DNA of 64,000 bases from Octopus sinensis (GCF_006345805.1 NC_043005.1:9920001-9984000); one strand, 5' to 3'; positions 13,993 through 26,900 are shown, numbered from the stretch's first letter. The notes: a model not told the origin generated them from the letters alone. Numbers and translations are program-made.

Positions 13993-14362
13993 TGCAAAGC
14001 ATTAATATGCATAGCCACAAGCCTTCGTACGTATGTGTACATTTGAGTAATTTCCCTGTAATCCTTTTTGCCGTTCGGAAATTGAATGCAATAGATCAGA
14101 ATCGAATTTGCTCAAGTGAGAATCGAAACCAAGCAGATGTTAAGCGGGATGGCATTTTCTTGAAAGGTAAACAGAAACAAATGTAATTTGTTACAAGCCG
14201 CATAAACGACATGCTGACTGCACACAATGAACATTGTTGGTTAATCCTGTTTATTTGCTGCGGACTACCACCGTGAGCCTCATTAAAGTAACTGCATTCC
14301 TAATACTGATGGAGAGTTTAAACACGAGGTAATTATGAACAAAATTTACTCAATTACTCATA

Positions 14363-14783
14363 GGCGCAGGAGTGGCTGTGTGGTAAGTAGCTTGCTTACC
14401 AACCACATGGTTCCGGGTTCAGTCCCACTGCGTGGCATCTTGGGCAAGTGTCTTCGGCTATAGCCCCGGGCCGACCAATGCCTTGTGAGTGGATTTGGTA
14501 GACGGAAACTGAAAGAAGCCTGTCGTATATATGTATATATATATATAAGTGTGTGTGTATATGTTTGTGTGTCTGTGTTTGTCCCCCTAGCATTGCTTGA
14601 CAACCGATGCTGGTGTGTTTACGTCCCCGTCACTTAGCGGTTCGGCAAAAGAGACCGATATAGTAAGTACTGGGCTTACAAAGAATAAGTCCCGGGGTCG
14701 ATTTGCTCGACTAAAGGTGGTGCTCCAGCATGGCTGCAGTCAAATGACTGAAACAAGTAAAAGATTAAAAGAGTAAAAGAGTA
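14363..14783 (+). mobile_element. SINE family A, full length
   Basis: GGCGCAGGAGTGGCTGTGTGG start and GAGTAAAAGAGTA tail. Confidence 0.95.
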
Positions 14784-15892
14784 AATTCTGTTATCTCAGT
14801 TGGAATGCATGCTATTGTTTCTTCTGCTTTTCCTAGCAAATTTGTTTTGGAGTAGCTCAGTGCAGGCTCTGATCGAGGGGTCCTGAGGAAATGGTTGTTG
14901 TTGTTGTTATTGCTGTTGCTTTTGCTAGTGGTTGTTGTTACGTATACAGCATTATAGGCCATAGGTGATGAAAATTCTGTTGCACTTCATTTACCCAAAC
15001 GCCCGGCCTCTCTCTTTTTGGTGTCAAAAAATACGTCAGCTCTGATCAGTTTCTGAGATTCTGAAACCACTCACGTCAGTCAAAATGGAGTACTTTTACT
15101 ATATTTTCGATGATACTGTTGTTGTTGTTGCGGCTGTTGCTAAGCGAAACCATATTTAAAATGCCTCCTAAGTAGAGCTTCAATTAGCTGACAAATACAT
15201 TTATTTCTTTAGCTCTATACAAACACAAGACGAACTGATTTTAGTTTCTTTACTTCAACAGTGACTCCATCAGCTGCTTACACTTTACGTAACCTTTATA
15301 CCAAAAACGACCAGTTCTATTCCATGCACATGCCTCTTCCTCCCACGGCATTTCGATGTGTCTTATTACCCAGGGCTGTAACGTCACCAATGTGAGAATA
15401 GGCGAAAATGTCATGAAAACAATTCTGACTCCTCTGAATCAACAAATGCACTTTTATCTCGCTTAGAAATAACAGCCAAATCTCCTTTAAGACATAACCT
15501 ACCAACTTAAATATGAGAAAACACTTTAGATGCTATAGATCTTCATATCTCTAAAACGACATAATGATCATGGCTGGAATACTTTTGAGGAACAGTGCTT
15601 AACCAGGGCCTATCAAAAAATAGCATTTTATTCCATAGTGTTAAAATAATGAAATAGGCATTTCATTTATTCTTTGAAGTTTTTGACATTTTGATTGTTA
15701 TTTTCTAACAGGTTTCGTTCAAAGAGTCACTAAATGTGGTAGAGAGAAACTTATAAAAGTGACTATGAAATGCAACCGGTGGGGATTCGTTACTGGTATA
15801 TCATTCCTATTACGTTAGACTTAGGACTTTTGTTACGGGAGGAGATATTAAATTATACATCTCCAGCGTTAGAAGCTGTGCAAAGGCAACAA

Positions 15893-15957
15893 TAACAACA
15901 ACAGCAACAACAATAATACTACTACTACTAATAGTAGTAGTAGTAGTAATAATAATA

Positions 15958-16025
<68 letters not shown>

Positions 16026-16028
16026 GTG

Positions 16029-16079
<51 letters not shown>

Positions 16080-16117
16080 GTGATAATAATAATAATATAA
16101 TAATAATAATAATAATG

Positions 16118-16177
<60 letters not shown>

Positions 16178-16180
16178 GTG

Positions 16181-16247
<67 letters not shown>

Positions 16248-16257
16248 TGATGATAAT
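15893..16257. repeat. (AAC)(ACT)(AGT)(AAT)n trinucleotide tract
   Basis: Direct reading. Confidence 0.97.
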
Positions 16258-16685
16258 AAAAGATTGTATAGGCACACGCCAGAAAAGGTCACAAAAAATG
16301 AGAAAGCAACCATACTATGGGATATGCCAATACACACAGATAGAGAAATTAAGGCCAATAGGCCAGATATAGTTGCCAGAGATCATGAAGAAAAAAATTG
16401 CTTTCTAATTGATGCATCAATACCAACCGACAACAACGTTTCTCTAAAAGAAATGGAGAAACGTTCAAAATACAAAGCCCTGGAAATAGAGGTAACTCGA
16501 ATGTGGAGCCTAAAACCAGAAACAATTCTTATCACTAGTGGGCACATTAGGTATGATAAAAACAACTATTCAGACAAATACATAACAAAAACACCAGGCC
16601 TAAGCACTACTAGGTACTGCACACATCCTACGTAAAATACTTTCAATACAGTAACCATCATAACAAACCACAGCACATACCCAAG
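16258..16685 (+). mobile_element. 3' fragment of an R4/Dong-like non-LTR retrotransposon (restriction-like endonuclease domain plus partial 3' UTR)
   Basis: ORF ...ILWDMPIHTDREIKANRPDIV...LIDASIP...EKRSKYKALEIE has the PD-(D/E)xK RLE signature. It sits in (AAT)n, the known Dong target, and is frameshifted near 16540. Confidence 0.85.
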
Positions 16686-16880
16686 AAGAAAATTCCAACT
16701 GGGCACCAACTGCAAGGTCATATATTGTTTATCTTGATATGAGGTACCCATGTTGCGCACATATGGTTGTGATGCATATGCCTGGTGTACCCTTATCACA
16801 CAATTTATCATGATGCGTACATTGGGCTTCGTTTATCTTACCCCAGTGTCACTTTGATGGCATGCACTTCTATTTCACTC
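16686..16880 (+). mobile_element. Family X (AAT-embedded non-coding element), 3' part fused to the Dong UTR
   Basis: Diverged match to the last ~195 bp of the copies at 17035, 17741 and 26227. Confidence 0.85.
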
Positions 16881-16884
16881 AATA

Positions 16885-16957
<73 letters not shown>

Positions 16958-17034
16958 AACAATAATAACAACAACAAAACAACAACAACAAAAATAATAT
17001 AATAATAATAATAATAATAAAATATAATAATAAT

Positions 17035-17591
17035 AAATGTCCTGATGCAGTACCAGGCAGTGGATCTCATGGCTTCTGATCTTAACTGATTCGAAGTGTT
17101 ATTACGTACATTGTTTTGTCTTGGTGTAAAAGATGGGCTACAGCAAATATTCTGCTCAATACCACAGATTTGATTGTCAGTTGTTTGACCTTAACCAGTT
17201 GAGCATATCCCTTAGTGGCTGACAATATGTGCATCTCTGATCACGAGCAGAAGTAGTGGGGGAGCATCATAGCCATGTGTTGAGAGGGATTCTTTGGGGT
17301 TTGAATAATTCACCTCTGGAAACATGGGTGTTTCGTTCAACATCTTTAAACAACCCTTATTCAGGGACCTTTCGAGTGGGATGGGTTACTTGACCTGAAG
17401 AAAGTTCTAAATGAGCCCCACCTGCAAGGTCATGTGCTGTTTATTTTGATATGAGATCACCATGTTGCGCACATATGGTTGTGATGCATGTGCCTGGTGT
17501 ACCTTTATCAGACGGGTAGTCATGATGGGTATACTGGGCTTCGTATATTTTACCCCAGTGTCACTTGATGGCATGCACTTCTATTTCACTC
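17035..17591 (+). mobile_element. Family X, full-length copy (~557 bp)
   Basis: AAATG(T/C)CCTGATGCAGTACCAGG...CACTC flanked by (AAT)n. Seven copies or fragments in the window. Orientation is arbitrary. Confidence 0.9.
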
Positions 17592-17666
<75 letters not shown>

Positions 17667-17740
17667 AACAATAATAACAACAACAACAACAACAACAAAA
17701 ATAATAATAATAATAATAATAATAAAATAATAATAATAAT

Positions 17741-18298
17741 AAATGTCCTGATGCAGTACCAGGCAGTGGATCTCATGGCTTCTGATCTTAACTGATTCGA
17801 AGTGTTATTACGTACATTGTTTTGTCTTGGTGTAAAAGATGGGCTACAGCAAATATTCTGCTCAATACCACAGATTTGATTGTCAGTTGTTTGACCTTAA
17901 CCAGTTGAGCATATCCCTTAGTGGCTGACAATATGTGCATCTCTGATCACGAGCAGAAGTAGTGGGGGAGCATCATAGCCATGTGTTGAGAGGGATTCTT
18001 TGGGGTTTGAATAATTCACCTCTGGAAACATGGGTGTTTCGTTCAACATCTTTAAACAACCCTTATTCAGGGACCTTTCGAGTGGGATGGGTTACTTGAC
18101 CTGAAGAAAGTTCTAAATGAGCCCCACCTGCAAGGTCATGTGCTGTTTATTTTGATATGAGATCACCATGTTGCGCACATATGGTTGTGATGCATGTGCC
18201 TGGTGTACCTTTATCAGACGGGTAGTCATGATGGGTATACTGGGCTTCGTATATTTTACCCCAGTGTCACTTTGATGGCATGCACTGCTCTCTCACTC
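17741..18298 (+). mobile_element. Family X, full-length copy
   Basis: Nearly identical to 17035-17591, sharing private variants. Confidence 0.9.
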
Positions 18299-18356
<58 letters not shown>

Positions 18357-20598
18357 TTAATAACAATAATAACAGAATACGATAAAATAAAACATACATA
18401 CGAACAAAACCATTATTTGACAGAATTCGGAAAGATTAACAATTAATAAGTTTTAGTGGGTTAGTTAAGAGTTATTATTAGAAGTAATATAAACAATAGT
18501 AGAGATATATGAGAGTATCTATCATGAGATAAGTGAATACAGGAGTAATGTGTTTAATCAACAAGAAATACAGAATAAAGAAAAAGCTTTTAAGCTATTT
18601 ATTTCAGAAACTGCAAAGAAAATATGTGAACAAAGAAGTAATTCTTTCATTTTTGCATGGTTGATTATAGGAATCGTTCGTCTTTATCTGGAGAATAAAC
18701 AAAACAGATTTTTCTTTTTATATATTTTATTTTAAATTCTCCCGAGAGAATCTTGATTTAGAATGTAAGTGAATGGCGTATCGATCACTTTCTCAGATAT
18801 ACTTCTTTCGTGAATAAAGCTTCTTCTTTATACGTAGTTTATTTGATTTTTTTTTGTTTTTCTTTATGTAATTTACTTAAATGTGTGCATATCTGAAATA
18901 TAGTTAACAGAGAAAAATCAGTGCTGTTAATTGGTTGTAAAGAATGGCCTTTTATGAGAGAACGAAAAAAAAGAAAAACTTTAACGCTCTTGTTCCAGTT
19001 TCACGTGATGAAATCATAACCGGAAGTACTAAGAAATGATTTTGTTTGTCTAGAGTAGCTTACATAGTCGAAGTGGTGTCGACCTAAGGATAATAGGTCT
19101 GGAATTTCTTATCCTCTAACAGATGTTGAATTGTATCAAAATACATAACACTTAATATTTGTGCAAAGAGGCAGAGTAGGAGTGAAGACGCTTTAGAATT
19201 ATAAAGTTTCGAGAGTGCTTTAAGATTCACATTAAATTCATTGACTTCGAGTGGTAGGATGTAATTCTGTCACGAGTCACATGAAAAGCGGTAAACAGTA
19301 TGTTTAGTGTAATAGTCGGGTGTAGCTGATCTGAGTTAAATACAAAATCCAAGGAAACAAGTTTGAATAATGCCAACAGATCGAATCAGCAATCCAGTTT
19401 TTAGTTCGTGTTCATACTAATTGTAATCAACGCACAACTACTCTAACGAATCTTCTTCGAGTTTCGAAGACCTTATAACAATAAAATTGCCGTTCAAACA
19501 GAGACATGCTGCTGAGCAAGAAATTAATTTCCTCTAGCTCCCATGTTTTTATCATATCAGAAAATATACGTATCAAGTCATGTGATCTTATTCCCTATCA
19601 TCGCTATCGCATTAAATGATTGATCAAAGTAAATAAATCTATTTGCTTTGTAGTCAAGAACTACATTAACATTTTTAAATGCTTTTCTTGTCATAAAACA
19701 CTTATTCGGTGTTCTGCCTGATGCGTAGACTAGATATACTGATAGAGTTTAATATCACATGCTTTTCCTTAAGAGCTTAAACAGATGGATATTAGTAGGA
19801 AAATGGATGGATATAAGCAAGAAAAATGTTTTAAAGAGATGAGGTTTTGGGGGGATGAGAAGGTTAGGACAAGTATTTGATGTGAATCCCTTATAAATAT
19901 GATATGAAATTGCTGACAATACATAGGACGAATACAAATTATTGTCATAGATGTAAAGGGATGAAACAGGATGTCAGAGATTGGAGAGTGTCAATAATAT
20001 GTTGACTAGTTTGTCGTAACAAAGGTGTGTAGAACAGCTTGCTTTACGGCAGCGAGCTATATTAAGCGACTCAGCTGTTATTAGTACGAAATGATTAAAT
20101 AATCTGCCTACTTGTAATTTGTAAATTAATTCTGTCGCTTATTTTTTTATGTAGACTATGTTTAATATTAATTGCATTTTGCAATATCAATTTTATATAA
20201 ACTTTCACTATTGCTGTATCAATTAATACAGTTAATGAGCTAACTGATAAAGCAACAGCCATAAGTGTATTTAGTCTAACGACGTCCAACGCACGCACAT
20301 ACATACACGCGCACATGCACACACACACACACATACATACACACACACATACACACACATACACACACACACACATACACACACACACACACATACACAC
20401 ACACACATACACACACACACACACACACACGTATATAAACCTTAAATATTTTATGTTTCTTCCTCGTTTGCTCGGTTAAACGATAATATTGTCTAACCCC
20501 AGGAGTTTTCTATAATATGGTTGTTTCCGATGTTGAAGATATTGGGAACAAAGCTGCATTTTTACGACTACAAATAATTTGTGTTAATAAGCAAGCAC

Positions 20599-20915
20599 GT
20601 GGAGGCGCAATGGCCCAGTGGTTAGGACAGCGGTCTTGCGGTCGGAGGATCGCGGTTTCGATTCCCAGACCGGGTGTTGTATGTGTTTATTGAGCGAAAA
20701 CACCTAAAAGACTCCCACGAGGCTCCGGCAGGGGGTGATGGCGACCCCTGTTGTACTCTTTCGCTCCAACTTTCAGTCTTTCTTCCTGTTTCTTGAGTAA
20801 CGCTGCGATGGACTGGTGTCCCGTCCAGCTGGGGGGAGGGACACATACGCCACAGAAACCGGGAAACCGAGCCCACAAACCTGGCTAGGCTTTAAAAGGG
20901 TGCATAAAAAATAAA
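20599..20915 (+). mobile_element. SINE family C, tail type 2
   Basis: Same tRNA head as 9834 with a different tail containing CTGCGATGGACTGGTGTCCCGTCCAG. CAAGCAC direct repeat at 20592-20598 and 20916-20922. Confidence 0.9.
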
Positions 20916-20955
20916 CAAGCACACATTCGTGCTCAGTTAATTTATTGGATATGGA

Positions 20956-21338
20956 TGGAAGCACTCCGTCGGTTACGACGACGAGGATTCCGGTTGATCC
21001 GATCAACGGAACAGCCTGCTCGTGAAATTAACGTGTAAGTGGCTGAGCACTCCACAGACACGTGTACCCTTAACGTAGTTCTCGGGGATATTCTGCGTGA
21101 CACAGAGAGTGACAAGGCCGGCCCTTTGAAATACAGGTACAACAGAAACAGGAAGTAAGAGTGAGAGAAAGTTGTGGTGAAAGAGTACAGCAGGGATCAC
21201 CACCATCCCTGCCGGAGCCTCGTGGAGCTTTAGGTGTTTTTTCGCTCAATAAACACTCACAACGCCCGGTCTGGGAATCGAAACCGCGATCCTAAGACCG
21301 CGAGTCCGCTGCCCTAACCACTGGGCCATTGCACCCCA
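20956..21338 (-). mobile_element. SINE family C, tail type 3
   Basis: Same head; near-identical to 31937-32321. Confidence 0.93.
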
Positions 21339-21627
21339 ACAATCTATTGGATAAGTTAGTCATAGAAAACAACATTTTTGACAGTGTCCAGTGTCTGGCA
21401 GCCTGTTTCATCCTAGTTCCACATTAAAATTCATTCATCGTGTATTTTCAACAATTTATCACCCATTTCATTTTACATTTCTAAAGGGTTTACATCAAAC
21501 ATTTCTTCCAGCTAGCACATCCTTGAAATCTACTTCTTCAAAACCTTTTTACTTGTAAGAAAACATATAATCGGTATTAAACCCAATGAATATACCTCGT
21601 CTCCACTTCAAGAATAGAACCGAATAA

Positions 21628-21960
21628 TCTATATATATAAAGCCGAAGCTGTCTGTGTGTGTGTGGCAGGTTTGCTAGCCTTCAACTAACACCATCTCCT
21701 CCGAGACCCTGTGGCGCAAGTTGACCAAAATTGAGAGTATGATAGAAGAAGGCTTGCTCTTTCTTCCGTAGAAGAAAAAAATTCAAATCGGACCATGTTA
21801 ACACCAAAAATTATTTACATCAAAAGGTGCTTTTTTCTATGAAAATCCCTATTTTTTACGATTTTATGACTGCTGTGTTGCCATTTTTTGGTGTATTTCA
21901 ACCAGAAAAATGAATGTTCACTTATAGAGAATAACAAGCTACATAATGCAAAATTTTTAC
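21628..21960 (+). mobile_element. Helitron-like element, 5' portion (second family)
   Basis: A|TCTATATATATAAAGCCG 5' terminus followed by a TCTG/TG tract. No 3' hairpin-CTRR found, so the end is approximate. Confidence 0.5.
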
Positions 21961-22186
21961 TTTTCGCGTCGCTGATATGTATTTTGTTCCCTGAAATGAC
22001 AAAGGATTGCATTTTAAGGAAGCTGAATCCAGTAGTCCACTCATAGGCAACTCGCAGAAAATGTTTAAACACTCGAATTCAACTTCCAAGACGATTGTTA
22101 TACCATTTTTCACAGAAATCTGTGTTATTCAATCTTGACTGTTTTTACCCATTATGTAAGATCTGAGATAAATCATAGGCAAATGT

Positions 22187-22218
<32 letters not shown>

Positions 22219-23929
22219 GCTGTTGTTGTTGTTGTTGTTGTTTTTGTTTCAGGTCAGACCTATAATCAAAAGTACTCCTCCTATTACCGGTGTTATGTCG
22301 CACGTTCGAATGCCTCTACTACTCAACTCGACTCCTGCTCTAGTCTACTGCTACTTCTCAACTCTGTTCTACTACTCTTCTCAGCTGTGCTCTATTCTAC
22401 TTGACGTCTAGACTTCTCCCTCTATATCTACGTATTGGGCTAGCCTACTGCATCGTCTGGGGGCGTCCACACAACAGAGGGCATGGCCCATGATCCTTTA
22501 CAAGAATTTCGAAACTCATAGAAAGGAGGGAGAGTAGAATCTTCATTCCAGAGAATTGGACCAAACTCTTGTAACAGAGTGGACTCTACTAACGGCACCC
22601 AGAGGGTTATACCGGATGAAGAATTCAGCAGACCATGGCGTGATTTGGAACACAAGACGCCAAAACAGAAAGAAGTACAGCAGGCATCTAGTCTGACATT
22701 GCTGCCGACCCGCCACTCGAGCGCCCTGAACTGGTACATTCTTTATTGACCACCGAAAGGCTGAAAGGCAATTCAATATCCTATGTCTTAATTTTGGAAG
22801 CTAGTTTGCAGCTACAGAAATAAAAAGGTTTCATTCTCCCTGGAAGAAACACAAGAGAAATAGCGAACTCCACGTTTATTTGGTCTCAGCTGCTCTGGAA
22901 GTTTACAGAAATGGTTTTATTTTAAAACATTTTCGATGTAATATTGATTTCCTTTTTATGTATATATAGCCACAAGATAAAACTTTTGTCTCCGATGGAT
23001 AAAATCAATGAAATCGACCCTGCTATATTACTCGTATTCATGTTGTCGACTCTAAAGAGTTGAAAAGCAAGTAGATCCCAATGGCTTTTGAACTTAGAAC
23101 TAACCTAAATACGGAAATGCTTTTAGTCTAGCACTTTGTGAACTTGGAGCCATAATTCGTAATATTATTATCAAACATTTTTTTTTTCTTTTTTCGATAA
23201 TTCATTTACAATAGATTACAACATAAATTATTATTTTGATTAAGTATACGATAATCTTTAAGTATATAATTTGATGACTGGAATATATTTAATTATCCCG
23301 GGGAATAATAAGTGGGTATTTTATTGACCCTTGAGGAATGGAATTTCAGAAACAACTACTTCTGTGGAATGTGCACTTCGAAGAGTAATAGCTTTAACAT
23401 TAGATTTAGTAAAGGTTTGTCTGCTCTCTACTAACCAACTGTACCAAATCGACTATTACTACGTTCTTAGATATACATTGTCAATTTATAAAGGTTTCTT
23501 AAATCACTGCAAAGTACTGGGCAGGTACAGATAATAGCTTACCAAAGGACACAGTAAATCACGCTTTGGAACATTTATTGTCTGAGAGAAGGAGGGGTTC
23601 ATAAGACTGTTAGACTGAAGGATTTGTGTAGCTCCAAATTATATTTCATGTTATTACAAGCCGTCATCATCCAGTGTTGTTTTCACATATGGTGTATGTA
23701 GAACTGTATCGCCTAATGGGTACATCGTTTTAAAAGAGAGCAGGGTGTGGTATGAAAAAGATTAGGCTGTTATTTCTAATAGGCACTGGCTGGATTACCG
23801 CGTAGAAGCTCCCTCCTATATCAACAGATGGTTATTGTAGTTGATATATATTTTGACACGCACACATATCACATATGCATATCATGCATATTTGTGTGTG
23901 CGCATGCATACATGTATGTATAATCACAT

Positions 23930-23983
<54 letters not shown>

Positions 23984-24859
23984 ATATATATATATATTAT
24001 ATATATATATATATATTATATATATATATATATGTATATATATGTATATGTATGTTTATGTATATTTATATTTATATAACATATAACATATATATATATA
24101 TATATATACATGTATATAAATGATGTTATGGATATTAATGAGATGACGTCATACACTTCAACGGTTTCTATTAATGAAGTTTAAAACCCTGCTATTCTCA
24201 CACCAATCATATTTTCTTGTTTATGACTTCAAGAAGCCATTCCTGTTTTCGAACAAATTCAAACTCAGTATTTTACCAATTTAAACATCATTTTCTCTAT
24301 GATTAATTAATTCCGAAGAAAAATTGTCCTTGAATCTTCTCTGATTAAATTAGAAATTTCTATTATAAATTAATTTTCCCCAAAATATATACTTTTTTCA
24401 TAATAGAGATTTATTACACTGATTCACAGAATTAGTGGGGATTGCAAAAAAGGAAGAAGTCGATTAGCTTCACATCAGTTCAAGACTAAATTTACCGGCC
24501 CAAAGGAATAAAAGTCTAAGTTAGCATCGATGGTACTTGAACTTAGAACATAAAACGAAGTAAATAAATAATAATTGTTTTTAAGATGGTCACAAAAAGT
24601 GGAATATGAGACAGAGGAGCGATTGAAACTGTTTATCCTAGTGCTGTGGAAGCTCACTTTACGATTTTAGTTCGTTCCTGAAGACTGTTTATCACCCAAA
24701 ATGTTTGTACATCGAAATTAGTTTTGCCATAGCAAATTCAAGAGGAAGCATGGTGAATTCCTACAGGGATGTACAATGAGCGAAATCTAAAAGAAAAGTG
24801 GCACGCTCCCGCGGATACTCCCAACTTGTCGGCAACCGTTGTTATTGGTTTGCCTGTTC

Positions 24860-24965
24860 GTTACTCGAGACACCTTTTGTCACCCGAGACGTTTTATGTT
24901 CGAAAAATTGTTCGATAACAAATCTGCTCGTGATAAGAGGCTTTCGTAAACCGAGGGTTACATGA
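24860..24965 (-). mobile_element. Possible pogo/Tigger-type MITE end remnant
   Basis: Minus strand AACCCTCGGTTTACGAA followed by repeated TCGAAC/ACGAG subterminal-like motifs. No partner TIR found. Confidence 0.3.
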
Positions 24966-25084
24966 GAGGTTGTTTATTTTATCGTTCTCGGAGAGATGAA
25001 AGGCGAAATTGAGCATGGCAGGATTTCAACACAAAATAATATGTGTTTCTAACAGAGGAACAATACCTGAAATATTGGTCTTTC

Positions 25085-25505
25085 TTTCTTGTCTTGAGAC
25101 TGCATTCACCCGGAGTGGGTTGAGCTGGCTTCATTCATCCTCAATGCTGCATCTCTCACAAACGCCGACCAGGCCTGGCGTTTGGAGGCTAATGTCTGCG
25201 TGATCTCCAACCACTCCCTATTCCAGCGGCGAACGCCATAGACATGGGGACCTAGATTGGGTTCCAGATCAGCCTTGACTGTCATCGGCCAGGGTTTTTC
25301 GTTGTCCACCACATCGCTTTCGCCAACCTTGAAGGGGAGCTGGGGCAATTGCTTCGTAGATGAATTCTCCTGGTTGACGACGGAGGGCATGACCCGGCCA
25401 ACGCAGACGTCTCGTTAGGATGACTTGTCGGAGGGAGGTGATTCCGCACTGGTGTCGCACCGAATTGTTGGAGACAAAGGGATCCTTCCCAAGATCCTTC
25501 AAACA
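25085..25505 (-). mobile_element. RTE-clade LINE 3' fragment (5'-truncated, frameshifted)
   Basis: TRRLRWPGHALRR...GWRKRCGGQRKT and GVRRWNREW...LASKRQAWSAFVRD are typical RTE ORF C-terminal motifs, followed by stop and a short CAAG-type tail. Confidence 0.85.
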
Positions 25506-26020
25506 TTCATCATGTACATCTCACCTTCATAAAATATTGGTGGTTCTCGGTTGGTACTTTATTCTATCGACTCTAGATGGTTGATATCCAATGTTGACTC
25601 AGAAGAATTTGGACACAGAACATGAATTGCTGAACTACTTACTACGAAATATGTTGTCTGACATTCAAATGCTTCAGCCAAGCCTTCAGCCTTAATTAGT
25701 GCTTCTTAGAAAGGCTCAAAGTCAAATATTTTGTGGGTGAGATTAGCCAATTAAATCGATACCAATACATACTGTGTGGGGATCAGCATGCCAAAATATA
25801 CACCCAACGTTTCCTCCGCGTCCTGTAAAGGCGTCTAAAAAAAAAAGTAGAGGTTGGATTTGCATTCCAGCCTCGTACAACGCTCACCAGCAACGGCTAT
25901 CCAAGCAGATCCATGTGTTAGAGAGTTATCGCTAGAATGGTGCAAAGTATCATCCGCTAGCAGTACGACTCCAGCAGCAAATGGTGAATGCAGCGACTTG
26001 CTGTTATAGCGCAACCCCCC

Positions 26021-26021
26021 A

Positions 26022-26088
<67 letters not shown>

Positions 26089-26129
26089 ACTACTACTACT
26101 ACTACTTCTACTACTACTACTACTACTAC

Positions 26130-26203
<74 letters not shown>

Positions 26204-26226
26204 GTAATAGCAATAATAATAATAAT
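26021..26226. repeat. (ACT)n(GCT)n(ACT)n(AAT)n compound microsatellite
   Basis: Direct reading. Confidence 0.97.
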
Positions 26227-26784
26227 AAATGCCCTGATGCAGTATCAGGCAGTGGCTCTCATGGCTTCTGATCTTAACTGATTGGAAGTGTTATCATATG
26301 CATTGTTTTGTCTTGGTATAAAAGATGGGCTACAGCAAATATTCTGCTCAATACCACAGATTTGCTTGTCAGTTGTTTGATCTTAACCAGTTGAGCATGT
26401 CCCTTAGTGGCTGACGATATGTGCATCTCTGATCACGAGCAGAAGTAGTGGGGGAGCATCATAGCCATGTGTTGAGAGGGATTCTTTGGGGTTGAGATAA
26501 TTCACCTCTGGAAACATGGGTGTTTCGTTCAACATCCTTAAACAACCCTTATTCAGGGACCTTTTGAGCAGGATGGGCTACACAACCTGAAGAAAATTCT
26601 AACTGGGCCCCACCTGCAAGGTCATGTGCTGTTTATCTTGATATGAGATCACCATGTCGCGCACATATGGTTGTGATGCATGTGCCTGGTGTACATTTAT
26701 CAGACGGGTAGACATGATGGGTATATTGGGCTTCGTATATTTTACCCCAGTGTCACTTTGATGGCATGCACTGCTCTCTCACTC
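26227..26784 (+). mobile_element. Family X, full-length copy
   Basis: Same termini as 17035, with (AAT)n on both sides. Confidence 0.9.
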
Positions 26785-26869
26785 AATAATAATAATAATA
26801 ATAGTAATAGTAATAATAATAATAATAATAATATTAGTAATAGTAATAATAATAATAATAATAATAGTA

Positions 26870-26900
<31 letters not shown>

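Noticed and set aside
22300-22740. GC-richer segment resembling an LTR-retrotransposon remnant (similar impression at 32560-33180)
   Set aside because: No identifiable domain, LTR pair or PBS/PPT.
25780-25850. CGTCCTGTAAAGGCGTCTAA, reminiscent of RTE 5' ribozyme motifs
   Set aside because: Could not build P1/P2 of an HDV-like fold.
26227-26330. Possible HDV-like ribozyme at the 5' end of family X
   Set aside because: No consistent P1/P2/P3 nested pseudoknot found by eye on either strand.
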